From Planctomycetota bacterium (GTDB lineage Bacteria > Planctomycetota > UBA1135 > UBA2386): a stretch of DNA of 64,000 bases. Under the pieces are notes generated by a model. The model was not told the origin of the DNA, made no database searches, and saw only the letters and a program-made list of their open reading frames with translations. The stretch lies in the NCBI GenBank assembly GCA_965228735.1, contig OZ245838.1, forward strand, positions 3,904,001-3,968,000, written 5' to 3'. The translations under genes and the position numbers were made by a program. Shown here piece after piece: positions 30,850 to 39,839 of the stretch (position 1 is the first letter of the stretch; each line of letters opens with the position of its first letter).

Positions 30850-32174
30850 GCGACGACGAGCTCCGGCACGGTCTTAGGGCCCACACCGCTGTCGATGCCG
30901 AACGCACGCGCGACGCGCAGCGCTGCCTTGACGCCGTCCTCGTGAAAGCCGAACCCGCACCACGCGCCACAGAACCACACGCGGTTGCTGCCGCTGACGG
31001 CGTCGAGTCGCCCCTGCGCCGCGACACCGGCTGCGTCGAACACCGGATGGTGATACTCGAAGCGCTGCACGATCTTCTGCGGATCGATCGCGTCGGTGCT
31101 GTTCAGGCTCACGAGATAGCGCTCGTCGGTTCGCAGCCCCATCAGCGTGTTCATGTCGTAGGTCACCGTCGCGCAATCCGCCTCTGACTTCGGCAACCGG
31201 TAGTTCCACGCCGACCACGCAGCGCGGCGCTCGGGCAACTGCCGTTCGTCGGTGTGCAGGACCACGTCGTTGGGCTGGTACGGGATCGCCGCGAGCAGCT
31301 CGCGTTCGGCCGGGCTGGGATCGACGAGCATCCGCAGCGCGGTGTCGCTGTGCGTCGCGAGCACCGCGTGATCGAAGCGCTCGGGCTCGCGCCCCATGAC
31401 ACGAACGTCGACCCCGGCCGCGGCGCGCTCGACCGCGACGACCGGCGACCGCAGCCGGATGCGATCCGCGAACGTCCGGGTCAGCGGTTCGAGGTATTCG
31501 CGCGAACCGCCGACGACCGTGTACCACTGCGGCCGGCCGCGGACCTGCAGCATCCCGTGGTTCTTGAAGAAGCGCACGAAGAAGCGGGCCGGCATGGCGG
31601 CGAGCGCCTCGGGTCGAGCCGACCAGATCGCGGCCATCATTGGCACGAGGTACCACTCGGCGAACGCCGACCCGAGCCTGGCCCGTTCGAGCACCTCCGC
31701 GAGCGTGAGGTCGGTGTCCTCGAACGACTCGGCCAGATCGTGAAAGCGCAGGATGTCGCGCACCATCCGCAGGAAGCGCGGCCGCAGCAGGTTGCGCTTC
31801 TGGGCGAACAGCCCGCGCAGGCCCGTGCCGCAGTATTCGAGGCCAGTGCGCTCACAGTGCACCGAGAAACTCATCGTCGACGGCCGCAACGCGACGCCGA
31901 GGCGCGCGAGCAACGCGAAGAACTCGGGATACGTTCGGTCGTTGCAGACGATGAACCCCGTGTCGACCGCGACCGACTCGGACCCGCCGCCGGCCTTCTT
32001 CTGCCGTGCGACATCGACGGTGTGCGTGTGCCCCCCGATCCGCTCCGCCGCCTCGAAGACGGTGACCTCGTGTCGCGTCGCGAGCCGTTCGGCCGCGAGC
32101 AACCCGGAGATGCCCGTGCCGATCACCGCGATGCGACGCGGTGCTCCATCGATCACGGACGCCCCGCTCGTCAC
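30846..32174 (-). CDS. FAD-dependent oxidoreductase (UfaD/Rv0449c-like)
   Basis: IAVIGTGISG, GGHTHT, VDTGFIV, AAWSAWNY, YHHP, GFGFHEDG. Confidence 0.9.
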   Translation of the reverse strand: MTSGASVIDGAPRRIAVIGTGISGLLAAERLATRHEVTVFEAAERIGGHTHTVDVARQKKAGGGSESVAVDTGFIVCNDRTYPEFFALLARLGVALRPSTMSFSVHCERTGLEYCGTGLRGLFAQKRNLLRPRFLRMVRDILRFHDLAESFEDTDLTLAEVLERARLGSAFAEWYLVPMMAAIWSARPEALAAMPARFFVRFFKNHGMLQVRGRPQWYTVVGGSREYLEPLTRTFADRIRLRSPVVAVERAAAGVDVRVMGREPERFDHAVLATHSDTALRMLVDPSPAERELLAAIPYQPNDVVLHTDERQLPERRAAWSAWNYRLPKSEADCATVTYDMNTLMGLRTDERYLVSLNSTDAIDPQKIVQRFEYHHPVFDAAGVAAQGRLDAVSGSNRVWFCGAWCGFGFHEDGVKAALRVARAFGIDSGVGPKTVPELVVA

Positions 32175-33106
32175 CGTTCGTCCTTCGGCAGCATCCGATC
32201 CCGCGCACGCGCGCGGGCGGGCAGCGGCCGGATACCGGCAACGAGCCCGAGGCATGCCATCGTCCACAACACGTAGAATGAGACGTCGATCTGCCACCAA
32301 CGGAAGCCCTGGCGCACGTTGCCGGGGCACCAGTGATGATTGTTGTGCCAGCCTTCGCCGAGCGTGAGCACCGCGAGCACGAGGGAGTTGCGACTGTGAT
32401 CGCGTGTCGGCCACACGCGCCGGCCGAGCACGTGACCGGCGCTGTTCACGAGTGCAGTCACGTGGAAGAGCGCGGTCGTCGAGATGCAGAAGCCCCAGAC
32501 GACCATCTGCAGCGCGGACGTCTCGAGCGCCGGCGAGGTCGCCTCGAGGACGGCGCCCAGGCCTGCGAGCGCGAGCACGAGCAGGATCGGCACGATCCGG
32601 TCGTGTCGATCGAGCCAGACGAGCTCGGGGAACTTCGCGAGATCCTGAACCTGCGAGAGGTCGGTGCGCCAACCCGACCGCGTCGTGAACCACCCGATGT
32701 GTGACCACCAGAAGCCGTGCACGTGCGGCGAGTGCGGATCCGCGCTCGTGTCCGAACCGCGGTGGTGCTTGCGATGATGGGCCGCCCACCACAGCGGCCC
32801 GCGCTGGACCGCGGCGGCGCCGAGCAGCGCGGCGGCGAACTGCACCGGCCGCGACATCCGGTAAGTCCGATGCGCGAAGTAGCGGTGGTAGAACGCCGTG
32901 ATGGCGAACATCCGCACGAGGTAGAGTAGGCTCGCGACGGCGACGGCGACCGGACTCCAGCCCACGACGAGAACGAGGAGGCAACCCGCGTGCATCACGA
33001 GCCACGGACTGATCCGCCCCCACTGCACTGCGTCGTCCGGGCCTCGGCGACGGGCGGGGTCGGTGTCGGTCGCCGAAGGCGGGAGAGCGGGCTGGATGGC
33101 GGTCAC
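32171..33106 (-). CDS. Acyl-CoA (delta-9 type) desaturase
   Basis: His boxes HRYFAH, HRKHH, DPHSP, GEGWHNNHH. Confidence 0.9.
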   Translation of the reverse strand: MTAIQPALPPSATDTDPARRRGPDDAVQWGRISPWLVMHAGCLLVLVVGWSPVAVAVASLLYLVRMFAITAFYHRYFAHRTYRMSRPVQFAAALLGAAAVQRGPLWWAAHHRKHHRGSDTSADPHSPHVHGFWWSHIGWFTTRSGWRTDLSQVQDLAKFPELVWLDRHDRIVPILLVLALAGLGAVLEATSPALETSALQMVVWGFCISTTALFHVTALVNSAGHVLGRRVWPTRDHSRNSLVLAVLTLGEGWHNNHHWCPGNVRQGFRWWQIDVSFYVLWTMACLGLVAGIRPLPARARARDRMLPKDER

Positions 33107-33128
33107 GAACGAGATCCTCACGCTAACG

Positions 33129-33155
33129 TTCGCGCAGGTCGAGAACGCAGATGCA
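33129..33155 (-). promoter_or_regulatory. Putative SigK-like ECF promoter (desaturase operon)
   Basis: Minus strand TGCATCT-N16-CGAA. Confidence 0.7.
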
Positions 33156-33163
33156 GTTCGCCC

Positions 33164-33190
33164 TGCATCCCGCGGGGGAATCCCGGCGAA
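33164..33190 (+). promoter_or_regulatory. Putative SigK-like ECF promoter (DUF1295 operon)
   Basis: TGCATCC-N16-CGAA, 14 nt before ATG 33205. Confidence 0.75.
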
Positions 33191-33204
33191 CCGACCTGTT
33201 ACGC

Positions 33205-34026
33205 ATGAACCCGTTCGCCGCCGCTGCTCCGCTCCTGGGTCTCGCCTGGGCCACCCTTGCCGCCCTCTTCGGGCTGCTCTGGTGGCGGCAGACCAAGACC
33301 CGGAATGCGACATCCGTCGATGCCGGCTGGTCGGCGGCGATCGGCGCCGTCGCTCTCGTCGGCGCGATCGCCGGCACGGGCAGCCTGAACCAGCGGATCC
33401 TGCTGGCCGCGCTCGCGCTGGCGTGGAGCGGCCGGTTGACGTGGCATCTCGTGCGCGATCGCATCCTCGCCGAGTCCGAGGAGGACGGCCGCTACCGCGC
33501 TTTGCGTGACGTATTCGGCCAGCGCGAGCAGCTCGGCTTCTTCGCCGTCTACCAGTTCCAGGCGTTCCTCGCGCTCGCGTTTGCCACGCCGTTCGTCGTG
33601 GCCGCCTGGGGCGAGGCCACGAGCATCACGCCGCTGCAGAGCGCCGGCGTCGCGCTCGCCGCGCTCAGCCAGGTGCTCGAGAACATCGCGGATCGCCAGC
33701 TGAGCGCGCACCGCCGCGACCCGAACAATCGCGGCGTCACCTGCCGGCGCGGTCTCTGGCGCTACAGCCGGCATCCGAATTACTTCTTCGAGTGGCTCAC
33801 GTGGTGCGGCTTCGGCCTCGTCCACGTGCCCGCGCTCGGCTGGTTCGCGATGATCGCGCCGGCCCTCATGTTCATCTTCGTCCGCTACTTCTCCGGCATC
33901 CCGTTCACCGAGAAGCGCGCGCTGAAGACGCGCGGCGACGACTACCGCCGCTACATGCAGACGACCAACGCGTTCTTCCCGGGCCCGCCCAGCGCGATTA
34001 CCGAAGCCTCCAACCCATCGTCATGA
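33205..34026 (+). CDS. DUF1295 membrane protein
   Basis: VDAGW, EDGRY, ADRQL, GLWRYSRHPNYFFEW, SGIP..E, YM..TNAFFP. Confidence 0.9.
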   Translation: MNPFAAAAPLLGLAWATLAALFGLLWWRQTKTRNATSVDAGWSAAIGAVALVGAIAGTGSLNQRILLAALALAWSGRLTWHLVRDRILAESEEDGRYRALRDVFGQREQLGFFAVYQFQAFLALAFATPFVVAAWGEATSITPLQSAGVALAALSQVLENIADRQLSAHRRDPNNRGVTCRRGLWRYSRHPNYFFEWLTWCGFGLVHVPALGWFAMIAPALMFIFVRYFSGIPFTEKRALKTRGDDYRRYMQTTNAFFPGPPSAITEASNPSS

Positions 34027-35090
34027 CCACCTTCACCGAACGCGCTCTCGAGCGCGGCATCCTGCCCGACGTGCTCGTGCGCTTCGGCATCCGCCGACTC
34101 CTGAAGAAGCGCCTGGAGCGCGAGCAGGTCAGCGACCCCGAGATCTCCGCGCAGCGGCTGCAGGACTGGATCGCGCGCTGCGACGACAGTCCGATCGCGA
34201 TCGACACCGCGGCGGCGAACGACCAGCACTACGAGGTGCCGGCCGCGTTCTTCGAGCGCGTGCTCGGCAAGCATCGCAAGTACAGCAGCGGCCTCTGGAC
34301 CGCGCCGGATGCCACGCTCGACGACGCCGAGGCCGCCATGCTGCTGCAGACCGTCAAGCGCGCCGACATCCAGGACGGCATGCGCGTGCTCGACCTCGGG
34401 TGCGGCTGGGGCTCGATCAGCCTCTGGGTGGCGCCCCACTTCCCGCGGTGCCAGGTCATCGGTGTCAGCAACTCGAACAGCCAACGCGAGTTCATCATGG
34501 CCGAGGCGAGGGCGCGCGGTCTCGACAACCTCGAGATCCGCACGTGCGATGCCAACCGCTTCGAGCTGACCGAGCCCGTCGACCGCATCGTCTCCGTCGA
34601 GATGATGGAGCACACTCGCAACTGGCGCGGCCTGCTTCGGAATGCCAGCCACTGGCTCGTGCCCGACGGCAAGATGTTCGTGCACGTCTTCACGCACCGG
34701 AGCGTGGGCTACGAGTTCGCCGACGCGGGTGACGACGACTGGATGGCGCGGCATTTCTTCACCGGCGGCCAGATGCCGGCGGACAGCCAGCTGCTGCATT
34801 TCCAGGACGACATGCAGGTCGAATCGCACTGGCGCGTGAACGGCCGGCACTACCAGCGCACCGCCGAAGCGTGGCTGCAGAACCTCGACCGGAACCGCTC
34901 GGAGATCACCGAGATCCTGCGCGCGCCGTACGGCGAGCGCGCCGCGGCCATGACCAACCTGTGGCGCGTCTTCTTCATGGCCTGCGCCGAGCTCTGGGGC
35001 TACGACCGCGGCCGCGAGTGGATCGTCTCGCACTACCGGCTTCATCCGCGCGCGGCGAACGTGCGCCCCGTGATCGCCCGCTCGGCGTGA
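34023..35090 (+). CDS. Second Cfa-like SAM methyltransferase (coclaurine-NMT-like subgroup)
   Basis: ANDQHYEVP, KYSS, LDLGCGWG, SNSNSQ, WMARHFFTGG, WRVFFMACAELW. Confidence 0.88.
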   Translation: MTTFTERALERGILPDVLVRFGIRRLLKKRLEREQVSDPEISAQRLQDWIARCDDSPIAIDTAAANDQHYEVPAAFFERVLGKHRKYSSGLWTAPDATLDDAEAAMLLQTVKRADIQDGMRVLDLGCGWGSISLWVAPHFPRCQVIGVSNSNSQREFIMAEARARGLDNLEIRTCDANRFELTEPVDRIVSVEMMEHTRNWRGLLRNASHWLVPDGKMFVHVFTHRSVGYEFADAGDDDWMARHFFTGGQMPADSQLLHFQDDMQVESHWRVNGRHYQRTAEAWLQNLDRNRSEITEILRAPYGERAAAMTNLWRVFFMACAELWGYDRGREWIVSHYRLHPRAANVRPVIARSA

Positions 35091-35105
35091 ACATACCGAA
35101 CCCGG
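35088..35105 (+). repeat. 18-bp direct repeat, right copy
   Basis: TGAACATACCGAACCCGG overlapping the stop codon; ATACCG-AACC-CGGTAT hairpin. Confidence 0.85.
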
Positions 35106-35115
35106 TATCTTCGTC

Positions 35116-36171
35116 TCACCGCGCGTCGAGCAATCGGCGGATCTCCGCGGACGCAGAGGTGCCGTCCGTCGCCGCGGCGTCCGCGCCGATCGCGCGGAAC
35201 AAATCGGGCGCGATCGCGAACGGCGCGCCGCCCGCGACGATCGGGGTCGCCTCGCCGACGAGTCGGCGCAGCTCGGTGACGAGAATCGACATCGAGTGCA
35301 GGTGCAGCGGCATCGTCGCGCTCACCGCGATGACGTCGAAGCGCTCGGCCAGCACGCTCTCGAGATCCTGCGGCGGCATGTCGGGACCGAGGTTGTGCAC
35401 CCGCAGCCCCTCCGCCTGCAGGCGCTGTGCGATCATGCGCAGGCCGAAGCTGTGGTTGTCGCCGCTCGTGCCCATGAGCAATACCCTGGGCGCGTCGGCC
35501 GGCGGCTGCGCGATGTGGTCCTGCGCCGCCCACAACACGCGGTCGACGACCTGCGAACTGAAATGCTCCTCGGCGACCTGGATCTCGCCGATCAGCCACA
35601 TCCGGCCCGTCTCGCGCTGCACGGGCACGAGGATCTCGTCGTGCAGCTGCGGCACGGTCATGCCGTCCTGCAGGGCCTGCCGCACGAGCGCAACCGCGTC
35701 GTCGGCGCGCCCCTCGAGCGTCGCGAGCAGGAACTGCCCCGCGAGGCGGCCACGCGGCGTCGTGACATCGAGATGCGGCGTCGGCTCGAACTCGACGTTC
35801 CGCAGCGCAGCGACGCCCGCATCGAGGATCCGCGTCGCGGCCGGCTGTGCCGACCTCGGCAGTTCGTCGATCAACGCCACGCGCAGCGCCTGCAGCGTGG
35901 CGGCGAGGTAGGCGTCCGGCACCGCGCGATGCCGCAAGGCAACCGCGTACCACTGCACCGAGTGAGCGAACAATTCCGCCCGATCGAATTCGACGGCCGC
36001 CGCGAGGTGCTGCAGCCGAACGAGCACATCGTCGCGCGGCGTGGCGAAGCTGCTCGGCAGCTGCGCGAGCAATTCGGCGTGGTCACTCTCGAGGCGCACC
36101 AGTGCGGCGCTCGCGAGGCCACGTTGCGAGGAGCGAATCAGCTCGGCAGCAAACTCCGCAGTCGTAGTCAT
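35116..36171 (-). CDS. Cobalamin-binding protein with N-terminal globin-like (photoglobin-type) domain, no DNA-binding domain
   Basis: W-x9-EH (WLIGEIQVAEEH), DNHSFG, NLGPDMP, SAT, VAGG; N-terminal helical D...L.HLA.A....LF...W...L..R.VP. Confidence 0.8.
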   Translation of the reverse strand: MTTTAEFAAELIRSSQRGLASAALVRLESDHAELLAQLPSSFATPRDDVLVRLQHLAAAVEFDRAELFAHSVQWYAVALRHRAVPDAYLAATLQALRVALIDELPRSAQPAATRILDAGVAALRNVEFEPTPHLDVTTPRGRLAGQFLLATLEGRADDAVALVRQALQDGMTVPQLHDEILVPVQRETGRMWLIGEIQVAEEHFSSQVVDRVLWAAQDHIAQPPADAPRVLLMGTSGDNHSFGLRMIAQRLQAEGLRVHNLGPDMPPQDLESVLAERFDVIAVSATMPLHLHSMSILVTELRRLVGEATPIVAGGAPFAIAPDLFRAIGADAAATDGTSASAEIRRLLDAR

Positions 36172-36226
36172 GGGGTCGCGATCGGGTTCTTCGAGCGGCG
36201 GCTGATGGGCGTTCGGGCGAGGGCCG

Positions 36227-36253
36227 TGCATCCGGTCAGACGGGCGGGTCGAA
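36227..36253 (+). promoter_or_regulatory. Putative SigK-like ECF promoter (fasciclin-sigma operon)
   Basis: TGCATCC-N16-CGAA. Confidence 0.75.
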
Positions 36254-36336
36254 CAGCACAGCCGTGGCCGCCGATCGGCGTATCGACGTCAGCGCCGCCA
36301 CCCATCATCCCACCTAGGACACGCTGGAGACTCTTC

Positions 36337-37641
36337 ATGACCCGTTTCGTCATTCCGATTCTGACTGTTTCTATCCTCGGCGCGAACGCATTCGCGCAAT
36401 CCGGCAACATCGTGGAGGTTGCCAGCAACGCAGGCAAGTTCAACACGCTCATCACGGCCGCGAAGGCTGCCGGGCTGGCCGGCGCCCTGAGCGGCAAGGG
36501 CCCGTTCACGGTGTTCGCCCCGACCGACGCCGCCTTCGGCAAACTCGGTGACGAGGCGATCGCCGATCTGCTGAAGCCGGCGAACAAGGCCAAGCTGGCG
36601 GCGATCCTCAAGTACCACGTCGTCGCCGGGAACGTGCCCGCCTCGGCCGCCATCAAGCTCGACAACGCCAAGACTCTGGGCGGCGAGATGCTGGACCTCG
36701 ATTGGGACGGCAAGGTCCTGACCGTCGGCGGCGCCAAGGTCGTGAGCGCCGACGTCAACGCGAGCAACGGCGTGATCCACGTGATCGACTCCGTGCTGGT
36801 GCCGGACATGCGCCCGAACATCGTGCAGGTCGCGAGCAAGGCCGGTTCGTTCAGCACGCTGCTCGCCGCCGCGAAGGCCGCGGGCCTCGTCGACACGCTG
36901 AGCAACGGTGGCCCGTTCACCGTCTTCGCGCCGACCGACGCCGCGTTCGAGAAGGTCGGCAAGGACACGATCGCGTCGCTCCTCAAGCCGGAGAACAAGG
37001 CCAAGCTCACGGCGATCCTGAAGTACCACGTCGTGAGCGGCAACGTGATGGCCAAGACGGCCGTCAAGCTGAAGCAGGCGGAGGCGATCAGCGGCGCGAC
37101 GATTCCGTTCGCGTTCGACGGCAAGGTCCTCCGCGTCGCCGGCGCGAAGGTCGTGAAGACCGACATCGAGGCCAAGAACGGCGTCATCCACGTCGTGGAC
37201 AGCGTCATGATGCCGCCCAAGACCCCGAACATCGTCGGCGCCGCTGCTGCGGCCGGCAAGTTCGGCACGCTGCTCGCCGCGGCGAAGGCGGCCGGGCTCG
37301 CGGAGACGCTCGGGAACGGCGGTCCGTTCACCGTGTTCGCGCCGACGGACGCCGCGTTCGCCAGGCTCGGCGACGACACGATCGCGATGCTGCTAAAGCC
37401 CGAGAACAAGTCGAAGCTCGTGAACATCCTGAAGTATCACGTCGTCGCCGGGACCGTCCCGAGCGCGACCGCGATCAAGCTCACCGAAGCCAAGGCGATC
37501 AACGGCGGCTCGCTGGCGCTGAAGTTCGACGGCAAGGTCCTGCGCATCGGCGACGCGACGGTCATCCAGGCCGACGTGCCCGCGAGCAACGGCGTCATCC
37601 ACGTCATCGACACCGTCCTGCTCCCGAAGAGCAACGATTGA
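36337..37641 (+). CDS. Secreted triple fasciclin (FAS1) domain protein
   Basis: Signal peptide; three copies of GPFTVFAPTDAAF...ILKYHVV...NGVIHV.D.V. Confidence 0.95.
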   Translation: MTRFVIPILTVSILGANAFAQSGNIVEVASNAGKFNTLITAAKAAGLAGALSGKGPFTVFAPTDAAFGKLGDEAIADLLKPANKAKLAAILKYHVVAGNVPASAAIKLDNAKTLGGEMLDLDWDGKVLTVGGAKVVSADVNASNGVIHVIDSVLVPDMRPNIVQVASKAGSFSTLLAAAKAAGLVDTLSNGGPFTVFAPTDAAFEKVGKDTIASLLKPENKAKLTAILKYHVVSGNVMAKTAVKLKQAEAISGATIPFAFDGKVLRVAGAKVVKTDIEAKNGVIHVVDSVMMPPKTPNIVGAAAAAGKFGTLLAAAKAAGLAETLGNGGPFTVFAPTDAAFARLGDDTIAMLLKPENKSKLVNILKYHVVAGTVPSATAIKLTEAKAINGGSLALKFDGKVLRIGDATVIQADVPASNGVIHVIDTVLLPKSND

Positions 37642-37821
37642 TCAACCGCCCCGGCCGGCAGCGTCGCGGCCTTTGGGCCGCGCCGTGGAGCCCGGCCGGG
37701 ACGAAATCCTGCCGGCCTCGCCGCCCGCCGGCTGGCCGATACACCCTAGGTCCAGTTCGTGTCTCCTGACCGCACCTTGTCCGGCGGCCCCTCGACGTCT
37801 TCAATGCGCGGTAGCCAGCGC

Positions 37822-38391
37822 ATGCCAGACACTCTGCTCATCGATGTAGCAGCGGGCCGCCCGGCCGCTGTGGAAGCGTTCTTGAAACGCTACAGCGGGG
37901 CGGTCTGGGGCCTGGCCCGCCGATTCTGCTCCTCGGCCGAAGATGCCGAGGACGCGACCCAGGAGATCTTCGTCGAGGTCTGGAAGAGCGCCGAGCGCTT
38001 CGATCCTCAGGCCGGGAGCGAGCTGACGTTCCTCATGACGATCGCGCGCCGCCGCCTCATCGACCGCACGCGACGACTCGGGCGGCGACCGGCGCCCACT
38101 CTGCTCGAGGATCCGACTACGATCGCCGCTCCCGAGGACAACCGAACCGAACTCGACGACGAAGTGCAGCGCGCCCAGCAGGCCATGACGCAGCTCAAGC
38201 CCGAGCAGCAGCAGGTGCTCGGGCTCGCGCTGGGCCAGGGCCGCACCCACCAGGAGATCTCGGCGGCGATCGGCATCCCGCTCGGCACGGTCAAGAGCCA
38301 CGCACGCCGTGGCCTGATCCGCCTGCGTGAGCTGCTCGGCGCCGACAGTCCGAGCGATGCGCCCTCGACCGGCACGGAGGGGCCGCGATGA
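37822..38391 (+). CDS. ECF sigma factor, SigK-like
   Basis: DAEDATQEIFVEVWKSAERFDP, IARRRLID, THQEIS...PLGTVKS; followed by RskA; start uncertain. Confidence 0.9.
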   Translation: MPDTLLIDVAAGRPAAVEAFLKRYSGAVWGLARRFCSSAEDAEDATQEIFVEVWKSAERFDPQAGSELTFLMTIARRRLIDRTRRLGRRPAPTLLEDPTTIAAPEDNRTELDDEVQRAQQAMTQLKPEQQQVLGLALGQGRTHQEISAAIGIPLGTVKSHARRGLIRLRELLGADSPSDAPSTGTEGPR

Positions 38392-39224
38392 GCACCACCG
38401 ACAACTTCGACGACCGCAACTACGACGAACGGCTCGAGCAGCTCGCCGAGGCGGTCGTCTTCGCGCACGACGAGACCGTGACGCTGCCGGCGGAGAGCGC
38501 CGAGGTCCGTGAGTTCGAACACATGGCCGCGGTCGCCGCCGCCGTCTTCTCGCGAAGCGACGAAGTGCCGAGCGGACTCGCCGCCCGACTCTCGGCGGAT
38601 GCGCTCGCGTTCTGCGCGGAACGCACCAGCACCAGGCCGGCGCTCGAGCATCTCAGCGGTGGCGAACGCGAGCGAGCGGGCATCACGGCGCCAACCGTCG
38701 AGGCGACGGCGGCGAGGCCGCTGCTCGCTTCCGAGAGGACCGGCGGCACGCCGGCCGTGCTCACGTTCTTGCTCGGAGTCGCCGCCGTCGCCCTCGTGTG
38801 GATCGGCGTCGACATGAGCGCCGCCGACGCGCCTCCCATCGATCTGCTTCGCACCGCGCTCGTCGAACGCTCCGGCACCCGCACCCTGCAGTGGCAGGCC
38901 GGCCCGAGTCCGCTGAGTGGCAGCGTGCAGGGCGACGTCGTGTGGAACGACGAAGCCCAGGAAGGCTACCTGACCTTCGCGGGCCTGCCGCCGCTCGACG
39001 AGACCCGCCGCTTCCAGCTCTGGATCGTCGACGCCGACCGCCCGGACAGCGATCCGGTCGACGGCGGGCTGTTCTCGATCGAGGACAGCAGCCGGTCCGA
39101 GATCGTCCGCATCGACCCCAAGATCCCGATCCGGAAGGCGGCCGCGTTCGTGGTCACCGTCGAGGACTGGGACGGCGTCGTGGTGTCGAAGAAGCAGGAC
39201 GTCGTCGCCGTCGCCGGGCTGTAG
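38388..39224 (+). CDS. Anti-sigma factor, RskA type
   Basis: Overlaps the sigma stop; single TM; GDVVW...GLPP...FQLW...PVDGG...AFVVTVE..GVVVS. Confidence 0.85.
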   Translation: MSTTDNFDDRNYDERLEQLAEAVVFAHDETVTLPAESAEVREFEHMAAVAAAVFSRSDEVPSGLAARLSADALAFCAERTSTRPALEHLSGGERERAGITAPTVEATAARPLLASERTGGTPAVLTFLLGVAAVALVWIGVDMSAADAPPIDLLRTALVERSGTRTLQWQAGPSPLSGSVQGDVVWNDEAQEGYLTFAGLPPLDETRRFQLWIVDADRPDSDPVDGGLFSIEDSSRSEIVRIDPKIPIRKAAAFVVTVEDWDGVVVSKKQDVVAVAGL

Positions 39225-39365
39225 CCCGCCCGACGACCGAAGCGAAGCCGACACCGAGCCCGACAACGGAAGGGCGCCCCGCGGACTTGCACGGGACCCC
39301 GCAGCCCGCTACGGTCCCCCGCCCGGCTCTCCCGGACGCCCCGACCAGGGCCCCGGCGACCGTTC

Positions 39366-39441
39366 GGGCAGGTAGCTCAGTTGGTAGAGCACAGCACTGA
39401 AAATGCTGGGGTCGGCGGTTCAAATCCGCCCCTGCCCACCA
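39366..39441 (+). tRNA. tRNA-Phe (GAA)
   Basis: GGGCAGG/CCTGCCC acceptor stem, D arm, CAGCA-CTGAAAA-TGCTG anticodon arm, GGTTCAAATCC, encoded CCA. Confidence 0.97.
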
Positions 39442-39560
39442 CTTCTAGGGGGAGCTGATCGCCAAGTTGCGAACCTGCCGTGGAAGGCGGCAGCGCAGCG
39501 CGAGAACTCGTTCCGTGTCGGTCGTTACCGGTTTCGGAGCAGGGAGACGCCTCATCATGG

Positions 39561-39810
39561 CCGGGCCGATGTCGAACGCGCGCTCGAGGAGTTCGAGCGC
39601 GGTCGCGCTGTCCCCGTAGGGCCACGGCGCCTGCGCCAGGAAGCGTCCGCGCAGCACGAGCGGCGCGCCGTTCTCGAACGACGGGTCCGCCGCCATGGCC
39701 GCGCGCGTCGCTGCCGCCAGTCGCGGGCCGAGGCCGGCCAAGAGACTCCGAGCGACGCCTTGCGCTCTCGCTGTCAGGGCGAGGTGCAGCGCGAGGTAGT
39801 GCGCGGCTCG
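39561..39810 (-). pseudogene. Internal fragment of a TPR-like protein
   Basis: AHYLALHLALTARAQG...AADPSFENGAP..LRGRFLAQAPWPYGD..ALELLERA; no start codon upstream of this segment before a TGA near 39866. Confidence 0.45.
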
Positions 39811-39839
39811 GGATCTACCCGACGGTGCTCGGCTTCCCG

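Noticed and set aside
36172..36336. Cobalamin riboswitch or CarH operator near the B12 gene
   Set aside because: No B12-box or tandem 11-bp operator repeats recognisable; the protein has no HTH
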